Source: Podarcis cretensis (Eukaryota). From it: a stretch of DNA of 64,000 nucleotides. The stretch lies in NCBI GenBank assembly GCA_951804945.1, contig OX638152.1:101122001-101186000 (forward strand). Reading direction: 5' to 3'. The notes under the pieces were generated by a model, which saw nothing but the letters and a program-made list of their open reading frames with translations, was not told where the DNA came from and did not search any database. This document shows positions 13,946 to 26,660 of the stretch, piece after piece (position 1 is the stretch's first letter; every line of letters begins with the position of its first letter). A program made the translations under genes and the position numbers.

Positions 13946-15539
13946 ACATGTATAAAATAAGAATTCCACCCATCAGCCAATGCTGCTTGAGGAAATTTCA
14001 ATACAAGCTAACATGAACTGCACCTCCCAGACTAGAAAGCAGACCAGGATGTGATCAACCACTGGATTTCACACTTCTCTGAATTTTGCAATGCTAAACA
14101 AAATAAATACCAGAATGCAGCAGAAATGCATGTTTTATGATGAAAGGTTTTTAGAAATGCATATTTTGTGAGAAAATATATTCAAATGCATGTCTTTAAA
14201 AACATAATCACAAATTAATATGGGCTAGTAATAGACTGATCTGTCCCTAGAGTTGCGGTAAGACAGTAGGCTACTAGATCCAGAAAGCAGTAACACAAAT
14301 TACTTCATGACATACATCACAGTTTTTAATGCTCTTAACACTAATATCAAGCCTGCTCTGCCCCTTTTCTGGCCACTTCCAGGTGACCACAATGTGTGCG
14401 TGTGCAGCAATGTACATATCAAACAGGCATAAATCAATTGTTGCCTGTATTCAAACCTGTGAAAAATATTGTACTAGATTTCATCTGGAAGATGAACAGG
14501 TCAGTTAAATTATGTGGATCTCCCAAAAAAAAGGGGAGAAACCACTGTGTCCCATTATATTTAGGGGACCTATGGCCTTTCAAATGTTGCTGCATTGCAA
14601 TGTTATTGGATCTTTTGCCACGCTGGCTTGCCTGATGGAGAGCTGTAGCCCAGCAAGATCTGGAGGTCCACAAGATTCCCCACACCTGCTTTATATAGTT
14701 AGTTTTCATGATGGGGAATTAAGAGAGATTAAAAGAAGAAATTCTCTTCACTTCTTTAAGTGAGTAGCTGTTATTAGTATTGCTCTCACTCCCAATCCAG
14801 TTTTATCTCTCCTGTGTCTGAAGATGTCCCACATTCTCTTTCAAAAAGAGAGCTCTGATATGCACTCAGCATAGTAACTTTATCTGTGAGAATCTGTCTA
14901 TGTTGTTTTTAGAGGTCACCCTCACCCTTAGAACAAGCCTGGGCTGAGGTCTTGAAACACTGACTGGAAAGTGTGATTATTTGCGCACGCTCCCCCCCCC
15001 TCTCTCCTGTAATAAAAATAAAAAGTGTCTGCTTCTTGTCAGAGCTTAGTAAACAGCTTACAAAATGAAGAGCAAAAATATCAGCAACACCTCTAAGTGC
15101 AAGCGCATGTGTCAGTGCCTATGACATTTTCTTTGTGCAGTGGACAATTCATCAGGAATGATCGAAGCCAGGATTAACACTGTTTAACAGCGCTTGTGGC
15201 CTTCCGTGAGACCTAGGCCTGCTGACTGAGGTTTATGTCTTCAGTCAAATGCTGAATGCATAAATATCCCTGTGCTTTTCTTCTTAATCACGCTGTTCAT
15301 CTGCAGCAAGTTGAATTCACTGAAGTGACATTCAGGCCTAGTTCAATTCACACAAACAGTAGGCGAGGGAGTAAAACTCGTCCCAAGCTGTACCCAATTC
15401 TGACTGCAACCGTGGCCTCATCTGGCCGAATCCTTCCCCATGAAAGTAATTCCCTGCACACACAAAACTTACATATCTTAGGAAATGGCTAGACTATAAC
15501 TCTTTGTCCTCATATCTAGCTTTCTAGATGTGGGGAAGC

Positions 15540-15540
15540 T

Positions 15541-15599
<59 letters not shown>
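15540..15599 (+). repeat. Compound microsatellite (GT)n(GA)n
   Basis: Seen directly; same architecture at ~37553-37600 and ~52445-52510. Confidence 0.95.
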
Positions 15600-15600
<1 letters not shown>

Positions 15601-17214
15601 GGACATATAGATAGGCAGAAACAGAGAGAGAATATTTTCTTCCCTACCTGCTGCCCAAGTGGTACAGTCTAGAGACAGTTGCCTCCCTGGCAATTAAGCG
15701 ATATATAAATTAATAAAATCATAGTCATCTATGGTTTGCATAAACTACACCAGGTAGTTGTTGGTAACATAAGAACTGACACACAGTCAGCCACTCCTTG
15801 AAACAGTTGGACTGCATGAGGGAGTTACATGTAGTCATTCAGCACCTCCCTGTCTCTGCAGTTTGTGGTAGAGTCCATCCAGGACTAGCCCCTGCACTTT
15901 CAGAGGAACAAAATTCTTACTCAGTCCCCTCAAAGAAGGCAACTAGTAGAGCCCACACTGCAAAAGGATGGGAGGGTGGGTGTCTCAAGAAGAAGAGGGG
16001 AGAGTGTGGGGTGAAGCAGACCTAAAGAGCCTCATCCCCACATCTCCTCTGCAGAGCAAAGTATCCCCATGGGGCTGCCCATATTACTCCTACGGGAGAG
16101 GGTGCTGTGGCAAATATGCCCCTCCCATACAGGAAAGGAAGAGAATTGCAAAACTTACTCTCAGTTGTCACCTCTGGTGTTGGCAGCTTTTGGCAACTGA
16201 GGGGTTATGAGAATAAAAGAGTAGCTGGGCAACTGGCACCTTTGCCTTCTAAAAGCATAGTTAATGAATTTGTTCACTTGGGGCAAACTTTTCATCAAAA
16301 TATTCAGACACAGAGGGAAAGGGAGGTCAAATCTAGACAGATTTACAAAAGAGTTGATCTTCCATTTATCTGACCCATCTAATACATTGGAGGAACCAAG
16401 CCAGAGGTGAGACATTGAGTACATCAGAGAACCCATCAATCTGTCACTTAACTTTGAATTTCTTGCCTGTGTGGAAGTCAGATATCTTTGGAAAAATCTG
16501 GCCTCTGATGTGCACAAATGTGTGTTCTTGAAATGAATGTGGATTGTCCACCATGCATATATTTTGTAAGGGGGGGAAGCTTTGATGCATTATGCTTAAA
16601 AATATTTCTTTTTCCTATGTAATCAGTATGGCACATCTTTTTCAAACCATTTCTATTAATATCAATGTTATCATTATGTATTTCAAATCCCAGTGAAAAG
16701 CAGCAGCATTATAGGTACATGCAGACTCTTAATTTCGGTTTACACATCCTGCATTTTAAAGAGCACTCGCTTTAAAACATAATGAATTCCTTTGAAAGAT
16801 AGACGGTTTGGGGCAAAAGGAAGCATAATGCACAAGGAAACTGTGAATGCCGGAGGTGCCTCTTTCCTTCTTCTAAGCATGAAGAGGGCATTGTGCATTG
16901 TCCAAGAAACAGAATTTTGAGCTGCGAGATTTGGGGTCAACTGATGACTTCAGTGTTTGATGACTGGCATTTGGGAAATCAATTTCTGTACAAAAACACC
17001 ATCTGCAATTTGGAAATAACTATAATCTCATTCAGTTCCTTTTCAGCCTTTTCCCCATGAGTGTGTGATTTCTGTCCCAGTACTGGATGAGAAATTCTGT
17101 ACTCCCTTTCCTGAGACGACACAACTACATCTGCCCAGCGGCAAAGACTGATCCCAGCCGCCATTACTATCAATGGCTATTCAGTGTTGCTAAATGAAGT
17201 CCACACACCCAGGG

Positions 17215-17320
17215 CGATAGATGGTTAGTGCTGGACTTAGGCAGGGAGAACCGAGTTCAAATTTCCACCTAGCCATGAAGCTCACTGTGTGAGCTTGGGT
17301 CAGTCATTCTCTTTGCTGCT
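17215..17320 (+). mobile_element. Old tRNA-derived (MIR-like) SINE fragment
   Basis: tggttagtgctggact...gagttcaaatttccacctagccatgaagctcactg...ttgggtcagtca; similar remnants at ~9590-9690 and ~58525-58580. Confidence 0.55.
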
Positions 17321-20290
17321 GCCATCCTCCAGCACAAGGAGTCTTCATAAGGAAACTCCTGCCAGAACTCTCATGGGTCTTTCTGGCCAATTGGATCTAG
17401 ATATAAAAATGAGGATATTTTTTTCCCCACGGGGGAGGGGGGGAGTTTGCTAAGCATTAATGCCATCAGTTTGGGGCTACTTTGAGATATGAAGGTGTTG
17501 GATATAATGAAGTAAACTTTTGTGCATCTTAAATTTTGCCCACTTTAAGCCCACTTAAATTTGTAATATATTATAAATGAATAGTTAATTGTTAGCATTA
17601 TAATGTAGTGATATTAAAATGTTTATCATGTATTGTGGTTGCTGTACTTATTGGAGGCTGGTGGAGCCTCTACATACTGGCAGGCCCAGACAGATGACGT
17701 GTGAATGTCAGTGGCATCAAGTGGCTGCTTGGGATGCTCTCTGACGGAGTACGTAAAGGGGGAAGATGTGGGGTAGGGAGAGAGCATGTCATGACCCTAG
17801 AGGCCCACAGCAGCAGAGGCTGCATTCAGACAGCACTTTATTCCATTTCATTGATGTTTATTACCTGATAATTTATGTGCTTTATGTCCTCTTTCACAAT
17901 GCAAAAGCTATTTCTGGGAATCTACTGGAATCGAGTGGATGTTTAGCACTCATCTCCATGTTAATTGCTTCCAGGGGAAAAAAATACATTTGCAACCCTG
18001 TTAACCTGGAAAATCACAAGAGTTTTGTGCTGTAATTTACCTTAATCACAAGCACACGATGAAATTGGGGGTGACGTTACAACATACAGTGCTTTCCCAC
18101 CATTCTCATGGGTGAATCATGGGGAAACAGCCCCATGAAACAGCCCTCAGTTATGCATGAGCATACATGGTAGTGACTACATTATAACCTCCTGTATCTG
18201 TAGAGCCAGAGGCTGGGCCCTCGCAGATACCCTCCCTTGCAGGGAGGCAGGGGAATGGAAGAGGAGGGTCCATCTTCAGGCCAGGGAGTTGGTCCTTTAA
18301 GGACTGAGAGATGGGTGACAAGAGAGAAAGGCAGTTTGAGAGCAGGAGCTTTGAAAGTCAGCTCTCGCTGTTTCTTGAAGTTAGGTACTGACTCGGAGCT
18401 ATCCATGGTCCTGCAACTGCTGCTTTACCTCCCGTGTGGGATTGGGCACTCACCACCAGCAGCAGCACAGCAGGGGTCTGAGATTCTCCTGGCCTCTGTC
18501 CAAGACAGTTCTTGCTATATCTGGAACACTATATTGCATAGGGCTAATGGGAGTTGTGGTACAAAACAAGTCGAGGACACCAGGTTGAGGAAAGCAGTGT
18601 CATGCAAATATGTCGATAAATATAAAGGAGCTGGTCTCATGGTTACCTAATGCAGAGCTGGTAGGTGACATCATGAGTGAGCTGGGCAGCAGAGGGTAGA
18701 CCTTGCATGCTCACCCTCTACCCTAAAGGCTAAGGAAGATGGCACTTTGAAGATACACTGAGATTAAAGTATTCATCTCAATCATTTGAAGACATGCATG
18801 TTTGGGGGCAATTTTCATCAAATGCACAACATAATTTAAGATATTCATTCGAATTTTTACTACATTCCCACTTTATATTCATAAGTGGACACCTTAAATA
18901 CCATGGTGAAGCCCCCCCCCCCGATATTAGATACTCCAGTCACAGGCCATGGTTTTCTTTGGTTTTGGATCAGATGCAAATTGTATATCCGTTGAATATT
19001 TATTAAAATGCATTACTCTGATCTAGGAAGGATTGCATGTAGGTCAAGTGTGGATGGGATTCAAATCTGCATTTGGCTTCCTCTCTCTTTTTCTCATTCC
19101 AAAACTGTTTGGAAGGACCAGGCAAAACTCGAAGAGAGAAGTGCTCACAATCAGGGACCAAAAACACAGCTCTGTTACCCCAATGAGAAAACCAATCAGA
19201 TAACATGCATTTGTGTGCTACAAGATCTGGTATGTTACAAAGACCCTGTATGCAACAAAAATAATTTGGGAAACAGAGTAGCACAAATTGCAAACACATT
19301 ACTCACAAATTAATAAAATACAGCAGGAAAGTATGGCAGTTGTAGTGCCAAGGTCCACTAACAGCAGCAGGATGACCCAACTATTAGCTGATTTCATAAC
19401 ATCTCAATAATGAGCTAACATGATTAAGAGAGCCAATGGGTGACAAGCATCATCCTGTAGGTCTCCAGCTTACTCAAATACATTAGAAGACTGGAAAACC
19501 TTGAACTTTTTCCAGCACCTGAAATGATTACACTGCTCAAACCAACAACTCAGCTTCGAAGTCACCCTCTTCATTAGCCAGTAATGACTGCAGGATTTGC
19601 TCAACTGTTGTACCTTGTGTCCATGTAGTTGCTAGGAAATTGGCTGGTTGACCAACCTCCCACTGAGCAATATAATATACCAACTGGATCATCATTCTGT
19701 TGTCTGTGGATTGTACAGTTAGAAATGACATACTTACTCGCTGTATTTTATTAGTGTGTAGGTGTTGTCCTTTCAATTTGTGATAATTATTTATAAAGAT
19801 ATTTATAAACTGTCCAATCATATACAATATCAAATCCATGTACAATGAAATATAAAGGTGCCTAAGATGCCATAAAAACAATATGATAATAATTGTCAAA
19901 ATGATTGTTTCATCTTGGAAAAAATAATAATCTGGATAGAGCTATGAGCATTCTATGAGGATGCCTGCTGAATTTCTGCTGGAAAAGTATTCCACAGCAT
20001 GGAATGGGTAGCACTAAATGCCCTCCTTGCATTTGGAGTCAACATTAGCTTTCTTATATTGTTATACTAGAGTTGGAACAACCATAGCGGTAACAACAAA
20101 GAAAACAGGCCTAGGAAGTGGATTTTTAAAATTTTGTTTCATTTATATAAGAATGTATACTGTATTATACTGTATTGTTTTAATTAGTGTTTTTATAGTT
20201 GTTCTGATTTTGTGTGGAGTGCCCTACCTGGGTGGATGGAGCAGCCAAGTAATTTACATTGTCCCTGAGAGGGGGCAATGACAATAAAGA

Positions 20291-20334
<44 letters not shown>
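20291..20334 (+). repeat. (ATT)n microsatellite, probably a LINE 3' tail
   Basis: Follows caatgacaataaag directly. Confidence 0.85.
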
Positions 20335-20336
<2 letters not shown>

Positions 20337-21579
20337 CACTGATAAAATACCAAAATGCCTTCTTTACCTCAGAGCCCTCATAAATCACCATTGTCTTATC
20401 ATACTCATTTTCACTTATTGTTAACTACTTTAGAAACCAATTGTCAGATGGAAGGGTAGGATATAAATATTTTAAATAAATATTGGGTTGGAGCCATATT
20501 TCACTTGAGTGGGCCTGTCCCAAGCATGGCTAAGTCTAGATCCAACTCAAAACATTTGACACTGAGTTTCCTTTTAATATACCTGATCTAGTAATCCAAC
20601 GATATATCCAACTGCTTAACTTTCCATGTTTTCATGTTTACAGAGTTGCATTTTTAGTAAATTGAGGACTGACCAAAGATAGTACTGCTACACTAAACAC
20701 TTAACATATGGGATTCATTACCAGCCAAGGTGGTGGTGGTGACCTTTAGTTTATAATGCTTTAAAAAAAGAAGGGGGGGTAGCATACCCAGACACAAAAG
20801 AGGCAATCTCAAATGCAACAAGATACGAAACACTGAACCATTGGGATTAACAAGTCGGCAATGAAAATATACAGCATCATGCTGTAGTTATATATCATTG
20901 AATTAAAATAGGCAAAATATACTGGATGAAATACTGTTCTAATTCTGCAGAGCCTTGTGGTCCCTTAAAGTCTAATACATTATTATGGAATAAAGCTTTT
21001 TGTTCACATTATTAGAGTTTATCAAGAAGTTCGGTGCTGTCACTTATGGACTGAATTACCACAGTGGATTTTTAGCACACTACTTGTATTTATTTGCTTA
21101 CCAATGCCAGGATTTACAACGTATTTTCTGCAAGAGGCTAACAAGGACACCTCGCTAGAAATTGTTCTAATTCTATTACCACTACAGGCAAAGGTTTAGA
21201 TTGTGAAGAATTCTGAGAGAAAGCCCTCATGTGTCAATATACACATGGAAAAACTACATGGGCTGAGGGGGGTAGCTGGTAATTTAACCTATTTCAAGAA
21301 ATCTTCATCAAGGGCAAATGCCCATGCAGAACTTCAGCAATCCATATAACATACATCATAGATCAATATATGCTGGAACAATAACGGCAATAAAAGTCAT
21401 GCTGGCAAAAAAGAACAACTTCTCAGAAGCACTGGCAAAAATGAACCACTTCTCAGAAATTCTCACAAAGCACATTCTGTGGTTAAAAGCTTTTTAAATC
21501 CTGAGAACTACAATGCAAACTTCTTCACGGGTCTCTCTCCCTGATTTCACCTGAGTTGCCACTGCTGGAGACTGAGTTC

Positions 21580-22089
21580 TGGGTAGGATGGGCTCTTTGG
21601 GCAGAGGAGGAATAATGGAGATCGCCTCCCCTTCCTGACCCTTCCAGGGAGGAGGAAGAGAAAGACAGTATAGATTTACAACAGGGGTTTGAGGGAGGTT
21701 GCAGCTCAGAGGCAGATGAGGGGAAAAGTTGGGAAATCATGGGAGAGCTGGAGCAACACCCAGCTGACACGTTGTTACTGGAAAGCATTCCAGACCCTCC
21801 ATCTCCCAGAACCCAGTGAGCCTTAAAAGTAGGAAAGCAAAGAGCTCAAGGACAGAGGGCACATAGCACCCATAGAAGAGATGATGAGAATGATGAATGA
21901 GGAAGTGGGAGAGACATTGGGTGGAGACATTGGGTGGAGATTCACTTAGGACAACACCATTATCCAAGAGGCTGGGTTCTATAGCCTCTCTCTGTAAATA
22001 GTGAAATAAAAAAGGACAGTAAGAGACTTTTCCTTGTCTTTATACTTTCCTGGGGCAACCAGCTGGGAACTACTGACAGCATCCTGACA
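21580..22089 (+). mobile_element. Gypsy-like solo LTR (degenerate)
   Basis: Ends catcctgaca with a degenerate inverse (tgggtaggatg) at the start; purine-rich body; AATAAA ~22006. Confidence 0.5.
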
Positions 22090-22254
22090 GTAGGTGGGAA
22101 AGTGCTTCCCCGTCTCCTGTTTCATATTCAGTCCAGAAGTTTTGAACTACAACTCCAACCAGCACTCATCAACTGCAACCAGCAAGGTCACTTTGGTGTT
22201 GCTAACAGAGTGGTTTGGTTTCACCCCCTGAGGCAAACTCCATTGTCTCTTGAG

Positions 22255-22640
22255 ACAGACAAATGCCAACAAGATCAGGGGACTGCTGTGGACACAGTAT
22301 TATATTGATTTCAGCACAGCTTTCAGCAAAATCTCCCACGGTATTATTGTTGGCAAGCTGGTAAAAGTGTGCTAGACAATGCTACTGTTAATTGGATTTG
22401 TAGCTGGCTAATAGACCATACCCAAAGAGAACTCATCAACGGCTCTTCATGACATTGGAGAAAAATGACAAGTGGAATACTGCAGAGTTCTGTCCTGGGC
22501 TTGATGTCTATATAAATGACTTAGACAAAGGAGTGGAAGGAATTATTGTCAAATTTGCAGATGATGCCAGAGAACAAAGGAGAATTCTTGACAGAACCTG
22601 GGCCAAAACAAAATGAATTTCAACAGAGGTAAATTTACAC
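22255..22640 (+). mobile_element. CR1 LINE RT fragment, left part of an interrupted old copy
   Basis: Decayed CR1 RT motifs (tattgatttcagc..gcttt; aaatttgcagatgat = KFADD). Confidence 0.8.
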
Positions 22641-22795
22641 TGGCTTGGGGCTTGGCTTGGTAGTACATTGGAAAAGAGGGGGGGAAGGGTCAAAGCAGCC
22701 TCCCATCAATGGCTGTGCCAAGAGGAGATAGAGGAGGAGCCACCGGCCACTGAAGCTGTGTTTGGCTCTGCTCCCGGCTCCTCTAATCCTCTTTT

Positions 22796-24859
22796 ATTTT
22801 TATTTTTTTTAATAATATTTATTCAGATTTTTTAAAGATTACAAAGAGAACATGAGAAGAACAAAAAACAAAAAGAAATACACAATACAACACAAAAACA
22901 GAAAAATACAAAGAAAAAAAATGCAATCATTAAAAAAGAAAAAAGAAAAAAACAAATTAAATCCTTTACATAACCACTTCCCTTTTACTTATTTTCTTGA
23001 CCTCCCCACATCTCCCATTTCTGTATTCAAATTCAGATTTTTATTTCAGCAAGTCCTTTCAACCTTATTTTTTAACTTAATAATTTCTTTTAATATGTTA
23101 TTATTTTACACCTTATTTACATTTAATTTAATTTATTTTAAAAACCACTTTTGCTTTATCCAATCTTAACTCTCATCCAAACTTATACTTCAATACTTAT
23201 TCTCTAAGGTCGACCAAAATTCCCTTCCACGATTTTCCCAATTTTCATATAAATAACAGGACAAAAAGAAAAACAAATTATAATTATATACCCTTTAAGT
23301 TCCCAATTTCTATTCCACCCATGCCCCCTTCCCGGTTTCAGTCCCCAACATGTGTCCATCAATCTCATATACAATCAGCCTGGAGATCTCAAGTCCAAGG
23401 CTCTTAATTCTCTCTCACTTCCTCTCTGCCGGTCTTTTTGATAGTCCTTAATATTAAAAACCAAGTCTCGGGGAAGCTCCGGCCCAACAGGATCCACCTT
23501 TCTTCCATCCAGGCCTTCATACTTAAGAACTAAGCCTATGGGGTATTCCAGATCTTGTTTCATGCTCCTTTCAAATCCAAATGTCCCCAAAGCTCCATCT
23601 TCCACCTTAATCAAATTTGTAATCCTTAGGTCTTCAGATCTCTACATAAGGAGATCTCTCCACTTTTCACTCTCCAATTCAGGCCGGACTTTCCACATCA
23701 GGTTTTTATTTTCCTTTGTTGCCATCATGTCAGCCCTCAAATTACCATTCTCCTTTAACATCTGCAAAATTTCAGCTCCCCCTTCCATTTCTTCAGGGAC
23801 AACATATATCTCCTTCTCCAAATTCTCAAAGCTCTCAAATTTCTCTATTTGTCCAGTTGAGTAGGCTTCCTGCGTCAGATCCTTGTCCTTATCAAATTCA
23901 ATGAGAGTATTCACTGTTAAATCCAAAGTTGTAGCATTTGTAGCCAAAACATCAATTTGACCTTGCAACTTTCCCAAGAGAACAAATGCTCTGTTCAGTT
24001 CAGCCAGTATTATTCCTCCACCAGCCATTCTTTGTAATGTCCCGAAGCCCCCTCTAGGGGAGTTTTAGTTCCTTGATGTTCCTTTCAGCACAAATCCAAA
24101 AGTCCAGTTAGTTTGTATCAGCCCTTCCTTTTTCAGGAGCAAATTGTAACAAAATGTAACCAGCAGAAGCAACAGAAACAAAGTCCTCTTTTTGCGTCTT
24201 GACAGCTAGTTTGACAGCTGTCAAGATCTTCCTTACCTCATCGCCAGGCTCTCGCAAAACACTCCCGGGTCCGGGGGGGTGGCGCTTCAGCTCCCAAATT
24301 TAGTTCTTTTTCTGCAGGTTCCCCTGCTTCCAATAAAGTTCTTATAATGCCAAACCGTGAAATTAAGAACTTTTACAAAAAAAGAAGAAGAAAAATTCTC
24401 CTCGACCTTAGTTAACAGGCCCTTTGCTTTAAGTTGTTTACAGATAGGGAAGGTGGACTTCCTGTTTAGACCTTCCCCGATCGTGCCGAATTTAAAAAAT
24501 TTTCTTTAGAGTTCCAATTTCCGTACTACTCACGGGTTGTTGCTTTAGAGTCCAATTGTTCACAAGAAGAAGTCAGCGCTCTCCGACAAACGGCTGTGCG
24601 GCTTCACTCCGCGGAAGAAGCAATCGACTCTCAGCACCGCGCCACTCACCCCGTCCCGTTCCGGAGCCTTTAAAAAGGCTCCTTCGCGGCTTGGGGGGGC
24701 GCAAATGGTACCCACCGAGTCCCCACGCTCACAGGCTTCACCCACCTGTGATTTTTGAGGGTCCCCGCTTCGCCGCAGCGGTAAGACCCGATCCCGCGGA
24801 GCCGATCCCTCCGGAGCTCAGAGGGAATCCGCCATTAGTCGTTGGCACTAACCCGGAAG
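22796..24859 (-). mobile_element. Full-length ORF1-only L1 derivative (HAL1-like non-autonomous retrotransposon)
   Basis: A-rich tail at the left end; CpG-rich 5' UTR ~24530-24859 with YY1-like aatggcgg and ETS-like acttccgg; 17-bp TSD tcctctaatcctctttt (22779-22795, right copy interrupted); TTTT/AA endonuclease site; single ORF and no RT. Confidence 0.75.
23375..24028 (-). pseudogene. Degenerate L1 ORF1p-like reading frame (~217 codons, one in-frame TAG)
   Basis: ORFs 23642-24028 and 23375-23614 share a frame. Heptad-like N-terminus; NLMWKVRPE and LPRDLVF resemble the ORF1p RRM motifs NLRIxGxPE and PRDIIVRF. Confidence 0.6.
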
Positions 24860-24867
24860 TCCTCTAA

Positions 24868-24905
24868 GCTTCTCAGCCTTTTGGCTAAGATCAAGTGTAG
24901 TATCT
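24868..24905 (+). pseudogene. Truncated U2 snRNA retrocopy (about U2 nt 4-41)
   Basis: gcttctcagccttttggctaagatcaagtgtagtatct matches the U2 5' end with one substitution, including the branch-recognition GTAGTA; flanked by tctaa duplication. Confidence 0.93.
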
Positions 24906-24984
24906 AATCCTCTTTTAAAGCCATCAAAGTTGGTGACTGCCTCCTGTGAGAGTGAGTAGCATACTTTAACTATGTCATCAGTGT

Positions 24985-25560
24985 GATGTGGCAGCTTAAA
25001 AGTCTAATGCAATTCTAGGTTTCATCAACAGAAGTTCAGCTCATAGTAAGTAATGGGACCACTCCATTTTACTTAGGTCAGATCTTCTCACCTGACCAAT
25101 GTCAGTTCTGGGCACCATAGAAGGATATTGACAAGCTGGAACATGTTCATCACTAAAGATGAGGAAGAGTCTGGACAAGTCCTGTAGATAAAGTCTGGAG
25201 ATATTTGGTGCAATTTAGCCCGGATAAGAGACAATTGCATTTGAGAATACTCCAAAACCTTTATATATTTGGAAGGCTCTGACATATTTTATTAAGCAGA
25301 TGTGTTTTCTGTTGGGCCAGAGGATAGGATCCAAGGATCTAAGACCAAGGATTCTAAACTAAACATTGAAAAGAATTTCCTGGTGGTACAATTTGCCTGA
25401 ATGTGGAACTGAAAGGTGGTGGACTTCATAAGAGATTTTTAGCAGAATTTGAATGGCCACCTAGTTCATCAGGGAGTTGTTGTGGTGGATTTTCTCCATT
25501 GGCCTGGGAGCTGGACTTGATTACTTTTGAGGTCTCCTTCTAACACTATGATTTTAACTA
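24985..25560 (+). mobile_element. CR1 LINE 3' fragment, right part of the interrupted copy
   Basis: gtgtgatgtggcagc..aatgcaattctagg, aaggatattgacaagctggaacatgttca, CR1-like end ttctaacactatgatt. Confidence 0.8.
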
Positions 25561-26155
25561 AGATTATGCATGTCAAAACTCACATGTTTTTGTTTAAAAT
25601 TAATGCCTGTCTGGCCTAAGTTGATTAACATTTCTATAACCATTGGGACAAGTTAATTTGTTCTGAAAATCTGCTCCTCTTCAAATCTCTCTGCCCTGCT
25701 TTACAGAAATCTGAAATGATGTCCCTGAACTCTGTTTTGAGCCCCGAGACCATGTTTATACATCTCCATAGGTACCTAACGCTGTATCATTAAGAAGCAC
25801 AATGTACGCATTACTTTGATTACCACTGTACAGTCAGGGGGCCTCTTTTGTGTTTGAAAAGGATACTCTGAACTCAGTTTGGCTGACATCCTCCCTCAGC
25901 GATAGCAGCCCTTTAATAGTAAGGTCTTGATCCCCCTCAGCTTGTGCCAGCTGTAACTGGCACAGCCCCTCAGCACTTGCCTTGATTATCACCCTTTCCA
26001 GACAGACACGAAAAGAAGGCTCTCTGAAGCACAAGGTAAGGTCGCAGTTCCTAATGCCAGCAGGAAATAATAGGCTTGCAAGTACCAATAATAGCTAGTG
26101 ATAATGAATGTCGCTGATAGAATGGCTCTGATACATGTATACAGTGTATGTGAGT

Positions 26156-26317
26156 NNNNNNNNNNNNNNNNNNNNNNNNNNNNNNNNNNNNNNNNNNNNN
26201 NNNNNNNNNNNNNNNNNNNNNNNNNNNNNNNNNNNNNNNNNNNNNNNNNNNNNNNNNNNNNNNNNNNNNNNNNNNNNNNNNNNNNNNNNNNNNNNNNNNN
26301 NNNNNNNNNNNNNNNNN
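26156..26317. other. Assembly gap (162 N)
   Basis: Run of N abutting the 5' end of a young SINE. Confidence 1.
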
Positions 26318-26660
26318 TGGGTTAAAGCCTCAGCGCCTAGGACTTGCCGATCGAAAGGTCGGCGGTTCGAATCCCTGCGGCGGGGTGTGCTCCCGCTGCT
26401 CGGTCCCAGCGCCTGCCAACCTAGCAGTTCGAAAGCACCTCCGGGTGCAAGTAGATAAATGGGGACCGCTTACCAGCGGGAAGGTAAACGGCGTTTCCGT
26501 GTGCGGCTCTGGCTCGCCAGAGCAGCGATGTCACGCTGGCCATGTGACCCGGAAGTGTCTCCGGACAGCGCTGGCCCCTGGCCTCTTAAGTGAGATGGGC
26601 GCACAACCCCAGAGTCTGTCAAGACTGGCCCGTACGGGCAGGGGTACCTTTACCTTTACC
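26318..26660 (+). mobile_element. Sauria SINE, young CpG-rich subfamily
   Basis: B box ggttcgaatcc, Sauria core, (acctt t) tail followed by (TA)n. Confidence 0.93.

Noticed and set aside
24868-24905. Functional U2 gene, or a Utopia/Keno insertion into U2
   Set aside because: Only ~38 nt of U2, no Sm site or 3' half. The adjacent element is upstream and antisense, not downstream in sense as U2-targeting elements are.
26318-26400. tRNA gene
   Set aside because: The B-box is the tRNA-derived head of a Sauria SINE; no cloverleaf.
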